NCBI GenBank assembly: GCA_973895155.1
Contig: OZ316895.1
Coordinates: forward strand, 12,283,929 to 12,347,928
Source of the DNA: Marsupella aquatica
Lineage: Eukaryota > Plantae > Marchantiophyta
Direction: 5' to 3'
Length of the DNA stretch: 64,000 bases
The translations under genes were made by a program, and so were the position numbers. Shown in pieces: positions 49,501 to 63,104 of the stretch. The notes under the pieces were generated by a model. The model saw only the letters and a program-made list of their open reading frames with translations, did no database searches and was not told the origin of the DNA. Position 1 is the stretch's first letter, and each line of letters starts with the position of its first letter.

Positions 49501-50357
49501 TTTCGTAACAAGGGGTTGGATTTACTTTAAAGATCCGTCAACACAGGTGCGAAAATTGAAATAAGATGGAATATGCCACAACTAGGAAGCCAAAATCACA
49601 AAGTCAGCCTTAGTAGACTTCTGCGCCCTATTTCACAGGGTATTCCACCAACTGACCAGCCTTTTCCTTGAAATAGATCTCTCAGGGCCCAAATTGCTGG
49701 GCATTTCTTCCACACTGGCCAACAAATAGGCAAGGGAGGCAATTCCACCTTCCTGAAAATCGATCTCTCATGGGCAAGATGCTGAGCATTATTTCCATTC
49801 TGCCCAGCAACGAGGCAAGGGAAAATCCACCTCTCCTGAACATGGAATTTTCAGGGGCAATCTGGCTGGGCGTTGGTTTCCATAATGCCCAACTAACCAG
49901 GGAGAGTGCATGATGCTGCATGACTTCACTCACAAATTGATCGAGTTCCTCGTCACGTTTGCTCGTCAGAAATTGTTCTCTGCATTTTCTGGAAGATGGA
50001 GGGATATGTGATAGTTACCGATAGCACCGAGCGATAAGGCACACGAGCGGTGACGAGACCGCGGTCGTACACCGAAGAATTGGATGTCTGAGATGCGGAC
50101 GGCTCCTGCAGCGGGGATGGGTCGTTAAAAGACCAGAAGAGGCCGGTCAGGACGACGACTGCGGTCAGGACGAAGATGTAGAATGAAATGGCCGGGGACA
50201 TGCGGCTCCGGAACTCTTCCCGTCCCGCCGGTGCTGCACCTGCTCTCCTGTGGTTGCTGTCATGATGGTGCTTCAAAGCAGATGAGTGCGGCCTCGCCGA
50301 GGTTCTCTCGATGTGATCCTTGGATTCCGCCTTCCTTCTTCTCTGCGCGCCCGACAT
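46535..50357 (-). CDS. CHID1: Chitinase domain-containing protein 1 (GH18, SI-CLP-like) with an N-terminal membrane anchor, 458 aa
   Basis: Exons 50357-50019, 49200-49127, 48851-48771, 48656-48572, 48185-48088, 47873-47786, 47571-47208 and 46782-46535 join in frame. Motifs [43 protein letters not shown]...[37 protein letters not shown]. Confidence 0.95.
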
Positions 50358-50373
50358 CGTTCTTCTGTGAAAT

Positions 50374-50800
50374 CTCTCTCCTCTCCTCTCTTCTCTTCTC
50401 TTCTCTTGTGGTTTCTTCTCTTCTCTTTCGTCTTCTCTTCTCTTCTCTTCTCTTCTCTCGTGTTTTCTTCGATTCGAATCCTATACAGTCTACAGTGCAT
50501 AATTGCACAATGTATAAGTGCAAATTTCTCTTCTCTCGTGTTCTCTTCGAATCATATCCCTATACCTTCTACCCTGCATAAGTGCACCATGCATAAGTGC
50601 AGTCTTCTTTTTTGGTTAAATTCTACACGGTCTACCATGCATAAGTCTCTCTCTTCTCTTCTCTTCTCTTCTCTTAGAGTCTACTGTGCATAAGTGCACC
50701 ATATATAACTGAGTTTTTCTCTTCTTTCCTCTTCTCTGCCAATCTTCTCTTCTCTTCTCTTCTCTAGAGTCTACTGTGCATAAGTGCACCAGATATAAGT
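50374..50800. repeat. (CTTCT)n microsatellite blocks alternating with tctac(t/a)gtgcataagtgcac units, immediately upstream of CHID1
   Basis: Repeated tctcttctcttc tracts and several gcataagtgca copies. Confidence 0.85.
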
Positions 50801-52116
50801 ACATTCTCGTGGGTAAGTGCAGGTTGGTAGTGTAGTCCCCTAATGTTCGAGCATTTTCCTTTGTATATGCAACAAAAAGTGCATTGTTTGTAACTGCAAG
50901 TTGACTAAGTGCATTCTAGTCTCCAAGAGATGATGCTTCTATCAATTCTGGGATTTACTAGGTTGCCACTGTTTTTCAATATAAGTGGCAATGTGACAAA
51001 GTATGTATTATATGGAAAAACCATGGTCCTGAGTGCAGTTGCCCAGGACAACACAAGCATGCGACCCACCCCCAAGGCCCCCCTGGTCAGAGGGTGGTGA
51101 ACACTGGGGCAAGGGAATTTGTCACCGCAGGATGGCAAGGTGGGAAGCTGAATGGGCCGTTGGATGCCAAATCCTTAACTCAAGTTAAATTTCTTAACTG
51201 GCAAACCCAAACAGTGGTATGTGATAATAAGAGAAAAGAAGGTGGCAAGGTATGTATTATATGGAAAATCCATGGCAAACTAGTAAATCCCAGTATATCA
51301 ATTACTCCAATGCACATGTTAGAAGCATTTATTGATAAGTGAAGTGGGCAGCTACACATGGTAGTTTCATGCACTTATCAAGGTAAATTGTGCCCTGTAA
51401 GGGTTTGGGGTATAAGGGTTTGGGGTATGAGGAGTAGAGCATGCACATGTGGAGAAGTGCATAAATAATATCCCATGCATTTATGACAGTGCATAACATG
51501 GATAAGTGCATGTTTAAGGTGTCTTTCCAGGAGCCTGCACTTAGATATGGTCGGTTCACTCAAAATAATTATAATGATTACTGAAAGTGACAAATTATAG
51601 ATGGTTTTGGTGAAATTTGAGAATACTTTGCATCTCTATGCTAAACATTTGCTCAAAATAATAATAATAAATACTGAAATAATCCCTCTTTCTATGCTCA
51701 TCCTTCTTTCTATGCACATATGTTGTGGTGGGGCCATAGTGCCCAATTTTTGAATGTTTTTCTTAGAAATTATCACAAAAAACTTGCATGTACCAGTTGA
51801 CATACACCATAGTCATGAGTGCACATGATGGCCAAGGAGTTACTGTCTAGAGGCTTCACTTTAGACCTAGGCTCTTAAAAATAGAGTTCAGTTGATGCTT
51901 TTATAGTAAGATGAAACTTTAGGTTTCCATTTAGATTGTAAATGTAACCAATCTGCTACTAAGAACAGCAAATCAGGTTATTCGCTTTGTTATTTTTGGC
52001 AGCTATTTGGGGTTGGGTTTTTGGGGATTTGGAATTATTTCGTGATGAGTCTACAGGTAAACATTCACTTGATTTGCCAGAAAAATTCACTTGCAAGACA
52101 ACTAGACAAGGACATG

Positions 52117-52521
52117 ATGCTCCCATGGATCACATTTTGGTGGTCCATGGGAATTTTGGGCTTATAACTTTATGATTATGAGATCATCTTTAGTTTTTCA
52201 CTTGCAATACAACTAGTGAAGGAGGAGATGTAAAAAAAACTCAAGCCCTAGTATTTCATAAAATGCAATAAAAAATTAATCTAGTAGAATTTACCCCTGC
52301 ACATTTCATGATGATTACCTAACTAAAATGACCAAAAATTCACTGTCACTTTGACGGAAACTTTGATGGAAGTGTAGCTTACCTTTTCCTCTAGCACATC
52401 CTAAAAACTAACAAATATATTTAAATTTGGTAAACATAAAGTTATTACAATTACACTCAGATTTTCGGAAATGTGGTTTATAAGGGTTTTCATATACCAA
52501 CCTTGTGGTCCATGGGAGCAT
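52117..52521. mobile_element. MITE with an 18-bp TIR (family copy)
   Basis: atgctcccatggatcaca / tgtggtccatgggagcat with 1 mismatch; interior homologous to 24934-25326. Confidence 0.75.
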
Positions 52522-53718
52522 AATTTTCTTGAGATATGCGGAAGCTTGAAGTCTCAAATGATAAAAGAAAATGTACACACATGTAAACTTTGTGATATAT
52601 GGAAGCTTACGTTTGCTCTAATGAAGCAACGTCAAATATGAAGTTGTCAACGAATGAGTTCTCACACAGATGTCACCTCTTTTCTCTAGAAACTTCAAAG
52701 TTGCCAGGCATGCCCACAGTGAAGCCTGCTAAACTATTGGGCTATGTTGGCTGGGCCCGTTATTGAAGCTCATGGTTCCGGTCAACCTGCTTTTGCACAA
52801 ACCCTCATCCCACATGGAGGTTCACCAAGGCCCTTTGCACACAAAAGACTTGATAGGCAACATGTACGAGTGGGATGGAAGGGGTGCAGTAAATGAGTTT
52901 CTAAGGACTTGTCAACTGAAAGGTATATAATGAGGGGGAGGGCAGTCTGTACACTGTAGCGATGGTGGTAACGAAGCCTGGCGAAGCTGAACAGAAACAA
53001 CCTGGGACATTTTTAGTTATTTCAAGTAAACTGTGCCCCTTGCATGGTGTACGAATCTGACATTTGTTTTGCTGCAGTAACTTGATTTCAGGAGAGAATA
53101 GTTCAGGAAATAGCTTGGCAGATAATACAACTTGGATAGCTTGAAAATCACATGTTTGTCTTGCCTATAGAACAACAGCAGGAAGATCGCTCCCCTGGGC
53201 TCGTGGAAACGTCTTGTCCATCGACAAAGCATTGCTCTTTGGACATATAGTCATCATCATCACACTACAAGAGGAAATCCATAGCAAAAACTTCTGCAGG
53301 ACATTTCTGGGTTCGGCTGGTCCATTTACGCCAACCTTGTTCAAATACTCACCTTCTGTTCTTCCATGAATGTGGAACGAGAGAAGGTTGTACGGTAGGG
53401 TTGTTTTGACAAGGGTTCTGAGCCTAAACGCGTTGTCAATCGACAAAGCACCTCTCTTTAGGCACATAGTTATCATCGTCATTACTACAAGAAGAACCCA
53501 TGAGGGTGGAACGAGAAGAGATTGTAACGAAGGGTTGTTTTCACAAGGATTCTGAGCTGAACGAGTGCCATTTCCATTCAGCCGCAGGTTTAAAGAAGAA
53601 TGTTTGGGCACATACGGAGACGACAGGCATGGGAATCACGCAGATGAAAGTTTTCCTCAAAGCTAAAAATTTAATTCCATACAATACATACACTGTCGAC
53701 CACAAGGGGCCAAGAAGC

Positions 53719-56700
53719 TTATCGGGACAACGATTGCATAAACCGGCTCATAGATGAGAACACCCCGACAAGGTTCTGGAGAGGGCCAGGCTCTTTGTCA
53801 GCTCCATCTTCGTCTTTTTGACCTTTCCTTAAAAACAGCATCTGCAGATCACCAATTCATTAATATGGTGTCAAACTCATTTACTTCTGGGGACGATATT
53901 TCGAAAAGATTTTCCAAATCACCTTGACTTACCTCAACCACAACGAGTATGTCAGGACAAGCATAAGACATGGAAGAACGAAAACCTCTAGGTTAAAAGT
54001 TTTTCTTCATGGCACCGAAACTATAAATAGAAATCGATATGATAGCAAGGTGTGCATTTCAGCCTTATTGCTAGGAAAGACGCACCTCAACATCTTCTAG
54101 AACAGGACGAGAGGGTTCCTCACTGGCCAGAAGATATCTTCCTGGAGTATTCTCGTCATCAAAGAACACTTGCCATGCCCTGCCACAATATTTCATTGGG
54201 GTTTATTTAATTGGCATCTTCAGAGATTACCAAGTCCTATTCTATTGAAAGCAGCTAGGACAAGCACCCTTAAAGTCAACGATAAGTTCTAAACACATTT
54301 ACGGGTAGGTCAATAAACGCATACCCAGGGTACCTCCGGAAAATGGCTCCAAATGACAGTGTTCGCATTGAATACACTGGGTTGAAGGTGCTGCAGTCAC
54401 ATTCAGTGATAATTCAGAATGTCTTATGCATACGAGAGGATAATCAAAAAGTACTTAAAACAGTACAGTACCTAATCCTCCAGCTTTAGGATGCATTTTG
54501 AAAAACAGAAACCACTCGAAAGATCCGTACTGGCATGTTTGGCGTACACCTAACCTGAGAAAGAACTCCTTCATCCGCCTTACATTGAGGCCAATCCCCA
54601 CCTCACCACTTTGAAGCGCTGGGTTATACATAATTAGGGGTCGCGGCTGCAATTAGGTTACACCAACCAGCAGGCCAGCAGTTCAACAAGCAAGATTTTA
54701 ATCAGAGCCAGCAAACATGCCAATTACCGATCCTAGAGGTCCAAGGGCAAAACAGAGGACACCACAACCACGACTTTCAAATCACGATCTCAGCTAACAA
54801 TATTCCAATCAAAGACAACCACGTCACCAATCAACAAGTAACCTGGACTGCTGAACACACACTACTCTGGATTTCTCAAACAAAAGGGATCGTAGCCAGA
54901 AGCACCTAGCCTCCCGCTCTGTTTGCCTCTTCTAAAAGCTGCACAAAAATAACAAGGGACCATACCGGGCCGTCAACTTCCCCCAGGACCGATGAGGCAA
55001 TCTTCTGTACAGAAGAAAGCATTTGAAAGTCTGGTAGTACCAAGACCACCACTTCATCATCAATGGACACAGGCTTCCTGTCATTCAAACTGTAGACAAG
55101 GTCCTAGGTATCAGTAGATATCCAACACAGCAGGTGGGACCCAATAAAAAGCCAAGGAATAGATCCAAGCCCATCAAGGTATCTTAATGCAAACAGCGTA
55201 AGTTTCTTGGGGGAAAAACTGTTCCTTGCCATGTGACCGTTGCACGGTACTAAATAGCCTCACAATTTTTCAAACGCTGGAGATCAGCCATTACACACCG
55301 AATAGAAAACACCTACCTATACAATCCACCTGCAAAGAACTCTACTCATTGAGATGATTATTTCTAGGAAAACAGTACGATTAATATAGTACTAAAACAT
55401 AATGAGGTCACATGTAGAAACCTTCCAAATGTGAATGGGGCATCCTTCCATTGATTCTTGAGCATAGCAGCTACACCCGCATCGGGAAATATTGCTTTCA
55501 ATTGCTGCACACAGGCTGCACCACGTCAACATTACCAGCCTCACCTTCTGGCAGAAAGCGTTGTAAGCTTCTCCAACACTACTGCTCCCATAATCAGGAG
55601 CCTAGTGAGTAATTCACAGAATTAAAAATAGAGACAAATGTTGCGCCGAATACCTGGGTCCCTAATCTGGATTGCAGATCTTCCAAGAAAAGTCTTGACA
55701 GATTCCACAATTTTAACTGATCACCTTCCAGACCGGCATTTGTCATTTGCGGCAACAGTAACTCAACCTGCCTTGCATACGTTAGATAAGTCCTGTGGTC
55801 AAGTTCTGAGCCGAGAAGCTTTTTACTTCACGGGAAGTATCTAAGGAACTAAAATGTTGGGCCTTGTCAACCTTTGCTGCAGACTTGCGCAACATAGGGT
55901 TGGTTGTGACCCTTATTTTTCTCTCGCGACCGAATAACTTGCCATGTGGATGTCCTTCATCCAACACAGCTCGGCCAGCCGCATCACCCTCATCATGAAA
56001 ACCTCTAGCATAAGCAAAGATATTGGTACAAATTTTACTATTTTCTGTTACGCGCCCTATTATACTCTTCCTAATCAGGAGCCAGGTCAACTTGTCTCTG
56101 ACAATCTTGCTCATCTAGGGTTGGAAATTTCAGATCAAGATACCCTCCAAACAAACCTCACCATGGCAACACAGCTAATCCAGACTACTACAGTTCTGCA
56201 TTGGGTACAGATAAAAATAAAAAGCTTATAGTGTTGACAGCGCTTCAGTAATTCTTCAAACTCAGCTAGAAACCGGATCATAGCCTGGAGTTGTTCATGC
56301 GCTCTGACAGAAACTCCTAACTTGGAATTATAGCAGAATGCGTGTACCAGTACTGCTAAAAGAGAGGGATAATAAACTTTCAAGTACAATTATGAACTCT
56401 CGCAGAGAAAAGCATAGAAGCGGTGCTTACAATCGCCCGCGTACCACCAGATTGAACGAACAAGGCGGCTGACTCGCTTGACTGAAGAATAGCTCCTTCC
56501 AGACTTTCCGGTAAAACACTGCATGGTCCAAAGATTCGTAAATCCCCTTCTCTAAGCCAAATTTTCGAAGAGCAGATGGACAAGTGGGCATCATCCCAAA
56601 CCCACAAAGAATTGAATCAAGTTCTAGACCGTCGTCGCAGGTAAGAATATCTTAGAGGTTCAAAAGTCGCTCTGACGCATCCTTCCACGGTTTTGCCTCC

Positions 56701-57160
56701 TCGTTCCTACACCGAAAAAGCCAAGCCCATAATTTCACGAAAGAAGCGAGACTCTGCACCTGTCAGCTCGCTCGTCTTCGGGGACGTCCCCCTCTGTTGA
56801 ACTCGCATCCTCGGAATCCTCCAGCCCCGGCAAGTCATCGAGAGCTCCAGCGGGGTCATCATCAGAGGGCGTGAACTGCTGGAATTTAGCGCGCCGTAAC
56901 ACAACCACCCTTCGCTTCCTGAACCCTGGAGCAGCAGCAGTAGTAGCAGCAGCAGCAGCAAATAGCCCTGTGGAAGACGAGGAAGCACTGCTGTTGCAAA
57001 GCTGACTCCGAGAGAAGCAGTAGTGCTGCAATCCCGGCAAAGAAGAGGCTGGAAACAGCAGGGTGGAGGCAGCAGTGTGCCGGGCAGGACACCCCTTCAG
57101 CTCCGAAGACGTGCTACATTGGACGACGGCAGCCGTGCACAAATGTGCAACTGCGGCCAT
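53719..57160 (-). CDS. Plastid-targeted DUF1995 family protein (At5g27560-like; related to LPA3 and the C-terminal domain of plastid adenylate kinase), 394 aa
   Basis: Exons 57160-56760, 56518-56431, 55767-55654, 55504-55422, 55089-54966, 54646-54555, 54390-54325, 54179-54086 and 53841-53719 join in phase. Ser/Ala-rich transit peptide; motifs SGGTRAIVELLLPQ, AIFPDAGVAAMLK, PRPLIMYNP...VGIGLNVRR, VYSMR...GAIFRRYPGAWQVFFDD...PGRYLLA. Confidence 0.92.
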
Positions 57161-57849
57161 AGCTCGACCTTCTTCTCTGCCCACACCTTTCAAACGGCGC
57201 TGTCTACGGATTCCTACGACCGTCTTCAACAATGATAGAAAAGCCCTCACGCAAATCGATCAAGGTCTGCCTCAAGATCTCCGGAGTCTGGCACGAGCAG
57301 ATTACAAACTATTGCCAGCGGACGTTAAATGCTATAGAGCTCGGCCAAACTATGGAGAGCTTCGACCAAGAACTTCCTCACGGGAAGGTGCAATTTTGCA
57401 AAGAACGAATTCGGATTTCGGATTTCGGAATCGGGAGAGCTGGTGCAGATCGGTCAGGGGAGCATTGTGATCCCTCCGTTTCTGGGAATTTTGTATGGAT
57501 TTCACGGACTGGACTCTAGAGAAGAGAGGAAGAGAGGAAGAGAGGACGAGAGTGAGGATTCTGGTGAGAGTTCTCTTTCAATCCTTCACTTTTGCGTTTG
57601 GTTCGCTATCCTGTCAAATGGCGTTTGGGTGGTAATGAATTAATTTAAGCTTTTAACTACAGAATCACTTACCACTTTCTCATAATTACCAGAAAGTGAT
57701 GCACCCTTGGACCATAAGGCTGGTTTTTTTAAACCCCCTTGTCCAACATTTACTAAAAGGGTGCACCATAAGGTTGGTTTTTTGAAACACCCTTGTCCAA
57801 CATTTACTAAAATTCGAGTTTAATTATAATAATTTGATGCTCATAAATT

Positions 57850-58125
57850 TAAATATTTTTTAGATTTGAGGATATGCTAGAGGAGTAAGTAAGCTACACT
57901 TATATCAAAGTGACAGTGAATTTTTGACCATTTTTGTTGAGTCATTGATCGTGGAATGGAATGCAGAAGGGTAAATTCTAGTAGATTGACTTTCAATGTG
58001 ATAATATGACATATTAGGGTTTGTGTTTTTCATGTCTCCTCTTCTCTAGTTGCCTTGCAAGTGATAAACTAAGAATTATTTTAAGACTCATAATCATCAA
58101 GTAATAAGCCCAAAACTCCCATGGA
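57850..58125 (-). mobile_element. Partial inverted copy of the 400-bp MITE family
   Basis: gatatgctagaggagtaagtaagctacact is the reverse complement of agtgtagcttacttactcctctagcatatc near 25190; ends catcaagtaataagcccaaaactcccatgga. Confidence 0.65.
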
Positions 58126-58344
58126 GGAGTGTCTCCAACATGGAGGCCCATCCAAGCTTCATTTTCTAAGCACTAAACATGTTCCAATTTTTAAAAATTT
58201 CAGAGTTTTCATTATATTTATAAATATGTCACAGTTGTTGTATTTGGGTATCTTGGTTAATTCATGAACTTGTCATCCATGTACAAAATTGTAGCATATT
58301 TGTAAATATAAAATAATAATAGTTCATAATTGTAATTGATTTTT

Positions 58345-58732
58345 GCCAAAGCCCTCCCAACAAATGTCTTTCCTCAAAGATTCCTCAAAATTTGAGCAAA
58401 GCAACAATCTGACAGTCAAATGGTGTTTGGGTGATAACTAACTCATTTATGCCAAAAGCCGTAATGAATATTTTTGCTCAAGGATTCCTTAATACGAGAA
58501 TGGAGGAATAATCTGAACGCCATTGCGTTTGGGTGGTAATTAATTAATTTATACCAAAAGCCCTTGCAAGGAATGTCTTTGCTGAGAGATTCCTAAAAAT
58601 TTGAGAAAGGAGGAAAATCTGACAGCCAAATGGCGTCTGTGTGGTAATTGGTTAATTTATGCCAATAGAACCCGAAACAAATGTATTTGCTCAAAAATTC
58701 CACAAAATTTGAGCAAAGAGGAACAATCTAAC
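58345..58732. repeat. Degenerate about 105-bp tandem repeat (about 4 copies); a further partial unit at about 57611-57648
   Basis: Recurrent gccaaa..c...gctca..gattcct..aaatttgagcaaag..aatctgacag.caaatgg.gtttgggtg.taa..aatttat. Confidence 0.7.
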
Positions 58733-60366
58733 AGGCTAACAAGAGTTCAAGCAAAGTCCAAAAGAAAGCCAAGATGTACCACCATGTTTAACAATGAATC
58801 CCAATGGATCATCCCGATGACATATTGCTTTTAATCATATAGTACTGGTCCAATGCATATGCATTCCACACTAAGCTTTGTTGAGACTCTGTTGTCGTTG
58901 CCACCATGATATCCTGATCACGTTGTTATGGTTGTTGTTGCAAAAATGCTGTTGAAATTAGTTTTGTAGGGGCAGGTCAAAGCAAATCAAATCCCCCTGT
59001 TTTCTTCCCCATTGCACCAGCTAGTGGAACCCATCCCACCCACATTTTCTTCGTTTCATTTCATTTCATTTCATTTCTTTTCTTTTCTTTTCTAATTCCT
59101 TCCCCTTCCCTGCATGCACATTGGTGGACGAGGGTGAGAGGGCAAGCAAGCCTGAGCGGGTGGGTGTGAGGGAAAATTTGGGCACACTCAAAATCCATGG
59201 GAACTCAACTAGATGGCTCATAGTATAATTAGTTCTGTCCACATACATTGCCATGGTCAAGTATTGGATCTACCTAACGAATGAGGCTGCCCCCAGGGTC
59301 CTCAATTATTTCTTGCAACCATCAGTGAAAATAAATATATATTGTTTTATTGGATTTAGTGGATCACTTATAACTTTTTGTGAACACAAGGGATTTTTAA
59401 ACCAAATTAATATAAATGTAGATTTTTCTAAACCAAATTTGAGGATATTTTAAGAAGCCATGGGGGTAAAAAAATGATTTTATTTTTTAGGGTACCCAAA
59501 AGCATATGGGACCCCCTTAGAGTGAGGCCCCCAAGAGGCTGCCTTGAAAGTGAGCTTATTTTATTTGAAGAGACTTCAAAGCCTCCTTCAAAGTGTCACT
59601 GTAGGTTGTGATGAAACCCCTGAGATCTTGGGTACTTTGATTTAAGGTCTATCAACGGCCTGGATCACTCAGGGGTCCCATCAAGTGATTGCTAAGGGGG
59701 TCCATCAAACATGTACCTTAAGAAACTTACTTAAAATGCAAAACTATAGCATGTTCAACAGTGCGATCATAAACTCACCTAAGCAATGAAACTAGGTAAA
59801 ATACAAAAACTATAGCATGATCAACAGTGTGATCATAAACGCACCCTAAGCAATGTACACAAATTTCTAATAAGTGCGCTGTGGTGATGATGTCAACATG
59901 GTAGCACCTTGATGCGTGCTGAAGCTGATGGGAAAGCTACATTCTACAGTTGCGCTGATAACTATGGCAATAAAAGACCCCAAGTAATAAAATGAGGCAA
60001 TGAGCTTTCGACAGCAATTTGCAGATTAAATAGGCCAATTTTGCTTTTTTAAAAATTGGCTCATAGCCATGCAGAAAGTGATGATCATCAATAGTGATCA
60101 TCCAATGGTGATCATCCCTTTCTCATTTTTTCCAGACTCACCAGTCAGAGTAAGACTTGCAGTAGTTAAGAATGCGTGATGAGCTCAATCATCATAAAGG
60201 AAAATTTGTCTCACATTTGATTGACAATGCCCGCACTTTTTTCCTATGCCTTGAAAGCTGAAAGCAAGCCCATCCAAGAGAGGATAGACCTCCTGCTCCG
60301 GAACATGCGATTTTATGTAAGGTAGCCACAAGGGGACAACACCCAGGAATCTGAACAGGACCCAGA

Positions 60367-60370
<4 letters not shown>

Positions 60371-60407
<37 letters not shown>
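60371..60407. repeat. (GA)n microsatellite
   Basis: Uninterrupted gagaga run. Confidence 0.95.
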
Positions 60408-60408
<1 letters not shown>

Positions 60409-60507
60409 ATGGCCCCAAAGCCAGCCAGCAAGGGCCCAGGAGAAACCAATACTCTCTCCACTATACCCCACACAGACATACACACAGATTCACTCCACAC
60501 CCCTTGA

Positions 60508-60565
60508 GTGTGGGTGGGGGATTGAACCTGGGACCTCTTGGTTCCAGGTTAATCCTCAGCCAAGT
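60508..60565 (-). mobile_element. tRNA-derived SINE-like fragment
   Basis: Minus strand gaggtcccaGGTTCAATCCcccaccc is a Pol III box-B/T-arm motif; no complete cloverleaf. Confidence 0.45.
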
Positions 60566-63104
60566 TGTTGTTAAATCTCTTTACCTTAGAGATACAAAGA
60601 AACTCAAGTTTTGGTCCCAATTAGGACTAAAGGTAGACACTCATTAAGAGCTTCTTTCTTGTAGGTCTATTTGACTCAATTGAACCAAGTGAGGTCAATT
60701 GGTTGGAGCTCACAATCTAGGCTATGTGACGGCAGGGGTCTGATTGAACTAAACGAGGTCCTAGCAGTGAGACCTGGCTGCATTCAGTGTCTTCCCAGGG
60801 GTAGGGTAGTCCAGAACAGTCGAGAGTATTACCCCCATGATTAAGGATACAGGAAAAGTGTGGGGCAAAGAGGGATTAGACTCATGAGGGAGGGTGAAGA
60901 ACCTCACCTGGTATTAGGACCCAGAATTATCAACGAATATGGGGCAAAGTAGTCACCATAGAAGATGAGGGATAATTTGGTCAGTCTCCTTATGACCAAA
61001 AGTCCTCTTCATAAAGTCTAAGGCCTGGTATTTTGGGCAACAGGGGATCCTCTCTCCAGGTTGCTTTTGTTCTTTGGTAGTGTGATTTCTAAGTAAGGGG
61101 ATCTGAAGCTACACAATTTGGCACTATCGTATATAAGTAAGGGGGTTTGAAGTTGCAAAATGTAATGAATTTGTAGAGCTGCAGCAGCTTTGCTGGTGCA
61201 CTCACATGAGATCGATTCATGGGACTTGCTCTACGTGGTGCACTGTATGTACCTGTCAGCTACAACCTCTGCTTAGGGTATGTCAGTCTGCGAGGAGCGT
61301 GGGTCTCGAGAGCACATTTCTCTCGAGAAATGGGTCTCTCTGTACCATTAGGACTCATTCTTTCTCGCGCTAATGACATAGGTGATCCTCAGCCTGCATC
61401 ACAATGACCAGTACTAGTACTGTTGCGAATGACTGCTCTCCAGCCTGCAACACTTCCGAAACGTGTGTCTGACCGATCCATGCAACCTGCTGCACTCTTG
61501 CACGGCTTCTGAAATGTTTGTCTGATGATCTATACAATCTGCTGCCTTACTACTGTGCTAAACTAACTATTCAGCTATTCCTTACAACGCCTTGTCCGTA
61601 GTGAATGGTTCTATTCAAGACCGTGTGTCATTCATGGATTAGAGGCTTTCAATTTCTGCCGTGAACGGTTGCATTGGAGATTTCAATTCTAGCGAGCGAG
61701 TCTCCGCTGTATTTAGAGGAGCAAATATTTCATTTTATTCTATGTTTTCATTGAAATAGTAACACTTCATTCAAGTGTTTGAGTCTCCGTTTCCAGTAGA
61801 AAAGAAAGATTTCACCCAAACTTTCATTCAAGTGATTGAGTCTCCATTGTCATTTAAAAGGGAAATATCTGATTGAACGTCTGTCTTTCAGTATTACACG
61901 AAAGTTCATTTAGTATGACCTTACTGAGGAAGTTTGAACTTTTCAATTCAAGTCATTGAATACCACGACCGTTTCCATTAAAAAAAGGAAGATTTCATTC
62001 GAGTTCCCTTCTGCGACGGCCTCGCTGTGTATGCTTTCGTCGAATTCATTCTAGCTACTGTAGTGGCTCTCTTTCCCATGCACTCGGCCCATGAAGTTGT
62101 CCTTCTTGTTCATAGCAGTCAGCTTTTCACTCTTTGCTTGCTTTTTCTTTCCTTCAAACCTACAGAAGACCTGGACCCAATCTCGGCTTTCTTAGACTTG
62201 AGGTTGCAACGTCGACTGCGGTCGACAACGCAAAGCTAGCATAGGGGCGGCAAGGACAGTACAATTAAACTATCAGACGTGAGTCATGAAAATCCAGCAG
62301 AAATGTAGCTAGTGGGTGGTTCATATTCAAATTTTTGCCAGGGCTACTACCATTACTACAACAGCAGATCCTATTAGAATTGGTGGGGGAGAGATCAGCT
62401 ACGAATGCAAACTGGGAAGAATACAAATGAAGTATACTGCAGAAAGAAAAGCGTGTGGAGCACCATTCTATCCACTAAACTAAGGTGCTATGTAGCTGCT
62501 CCGATGACCACAGACCTTGTCCGGCACCCGATCCGGCACTGTACGTACAATCATCATTGTCACGGGCATTGTCATCATCATCGTTATCGAAATTGTTCGC
62601 CTCCCGCATCCGGGTCTTTCGCGATTGCACGTAGCTTGATCGATACAATCATGAAGCACGGACGACAGACATAACATTGTGATTTGTGGGGACTTCCACT
62701 AGAATACAATTACACACTTTGTTCGAACGAACCGTCTTCACGGTAGGGTCTCTCCAGTCTATGCATCATACAGTATAATCCACAAACGCTAGCTGCAGCC
62801 CATCTAATTATATACACACACGAATCTAGGATACTCTAGCTCTACTTTGTCTGTCTTCTGCATCGTCATCTATTACTCAGTTGGAGCTAGCTAGCTAGGT
62901 AGCCATCCGTTCTGCAGAACTAGACTGGAAACTCCCTCTCTAACGGTACACTGAGGGAAAGTGGGAAACTGAAGGGACAATCATGTCATTTCTATGGTAG
63001 ATTAATTTGCCTGACTACAATCCTAGCTAGAGAAACGAAGCTCACAGGTAAATAATATTTCCACAGGTATAGTGCTGCAAGCCCAATAAATGGTCTCAGA
63101 TCCG

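Noticed and set aside
55782-56114. 110-aa minus-strand ORF or extra exon in the DUF1995 gene
   Set aside because: The flanking exons join directly (TRAI|VELL) as in homologs, so this sequence is intronic.
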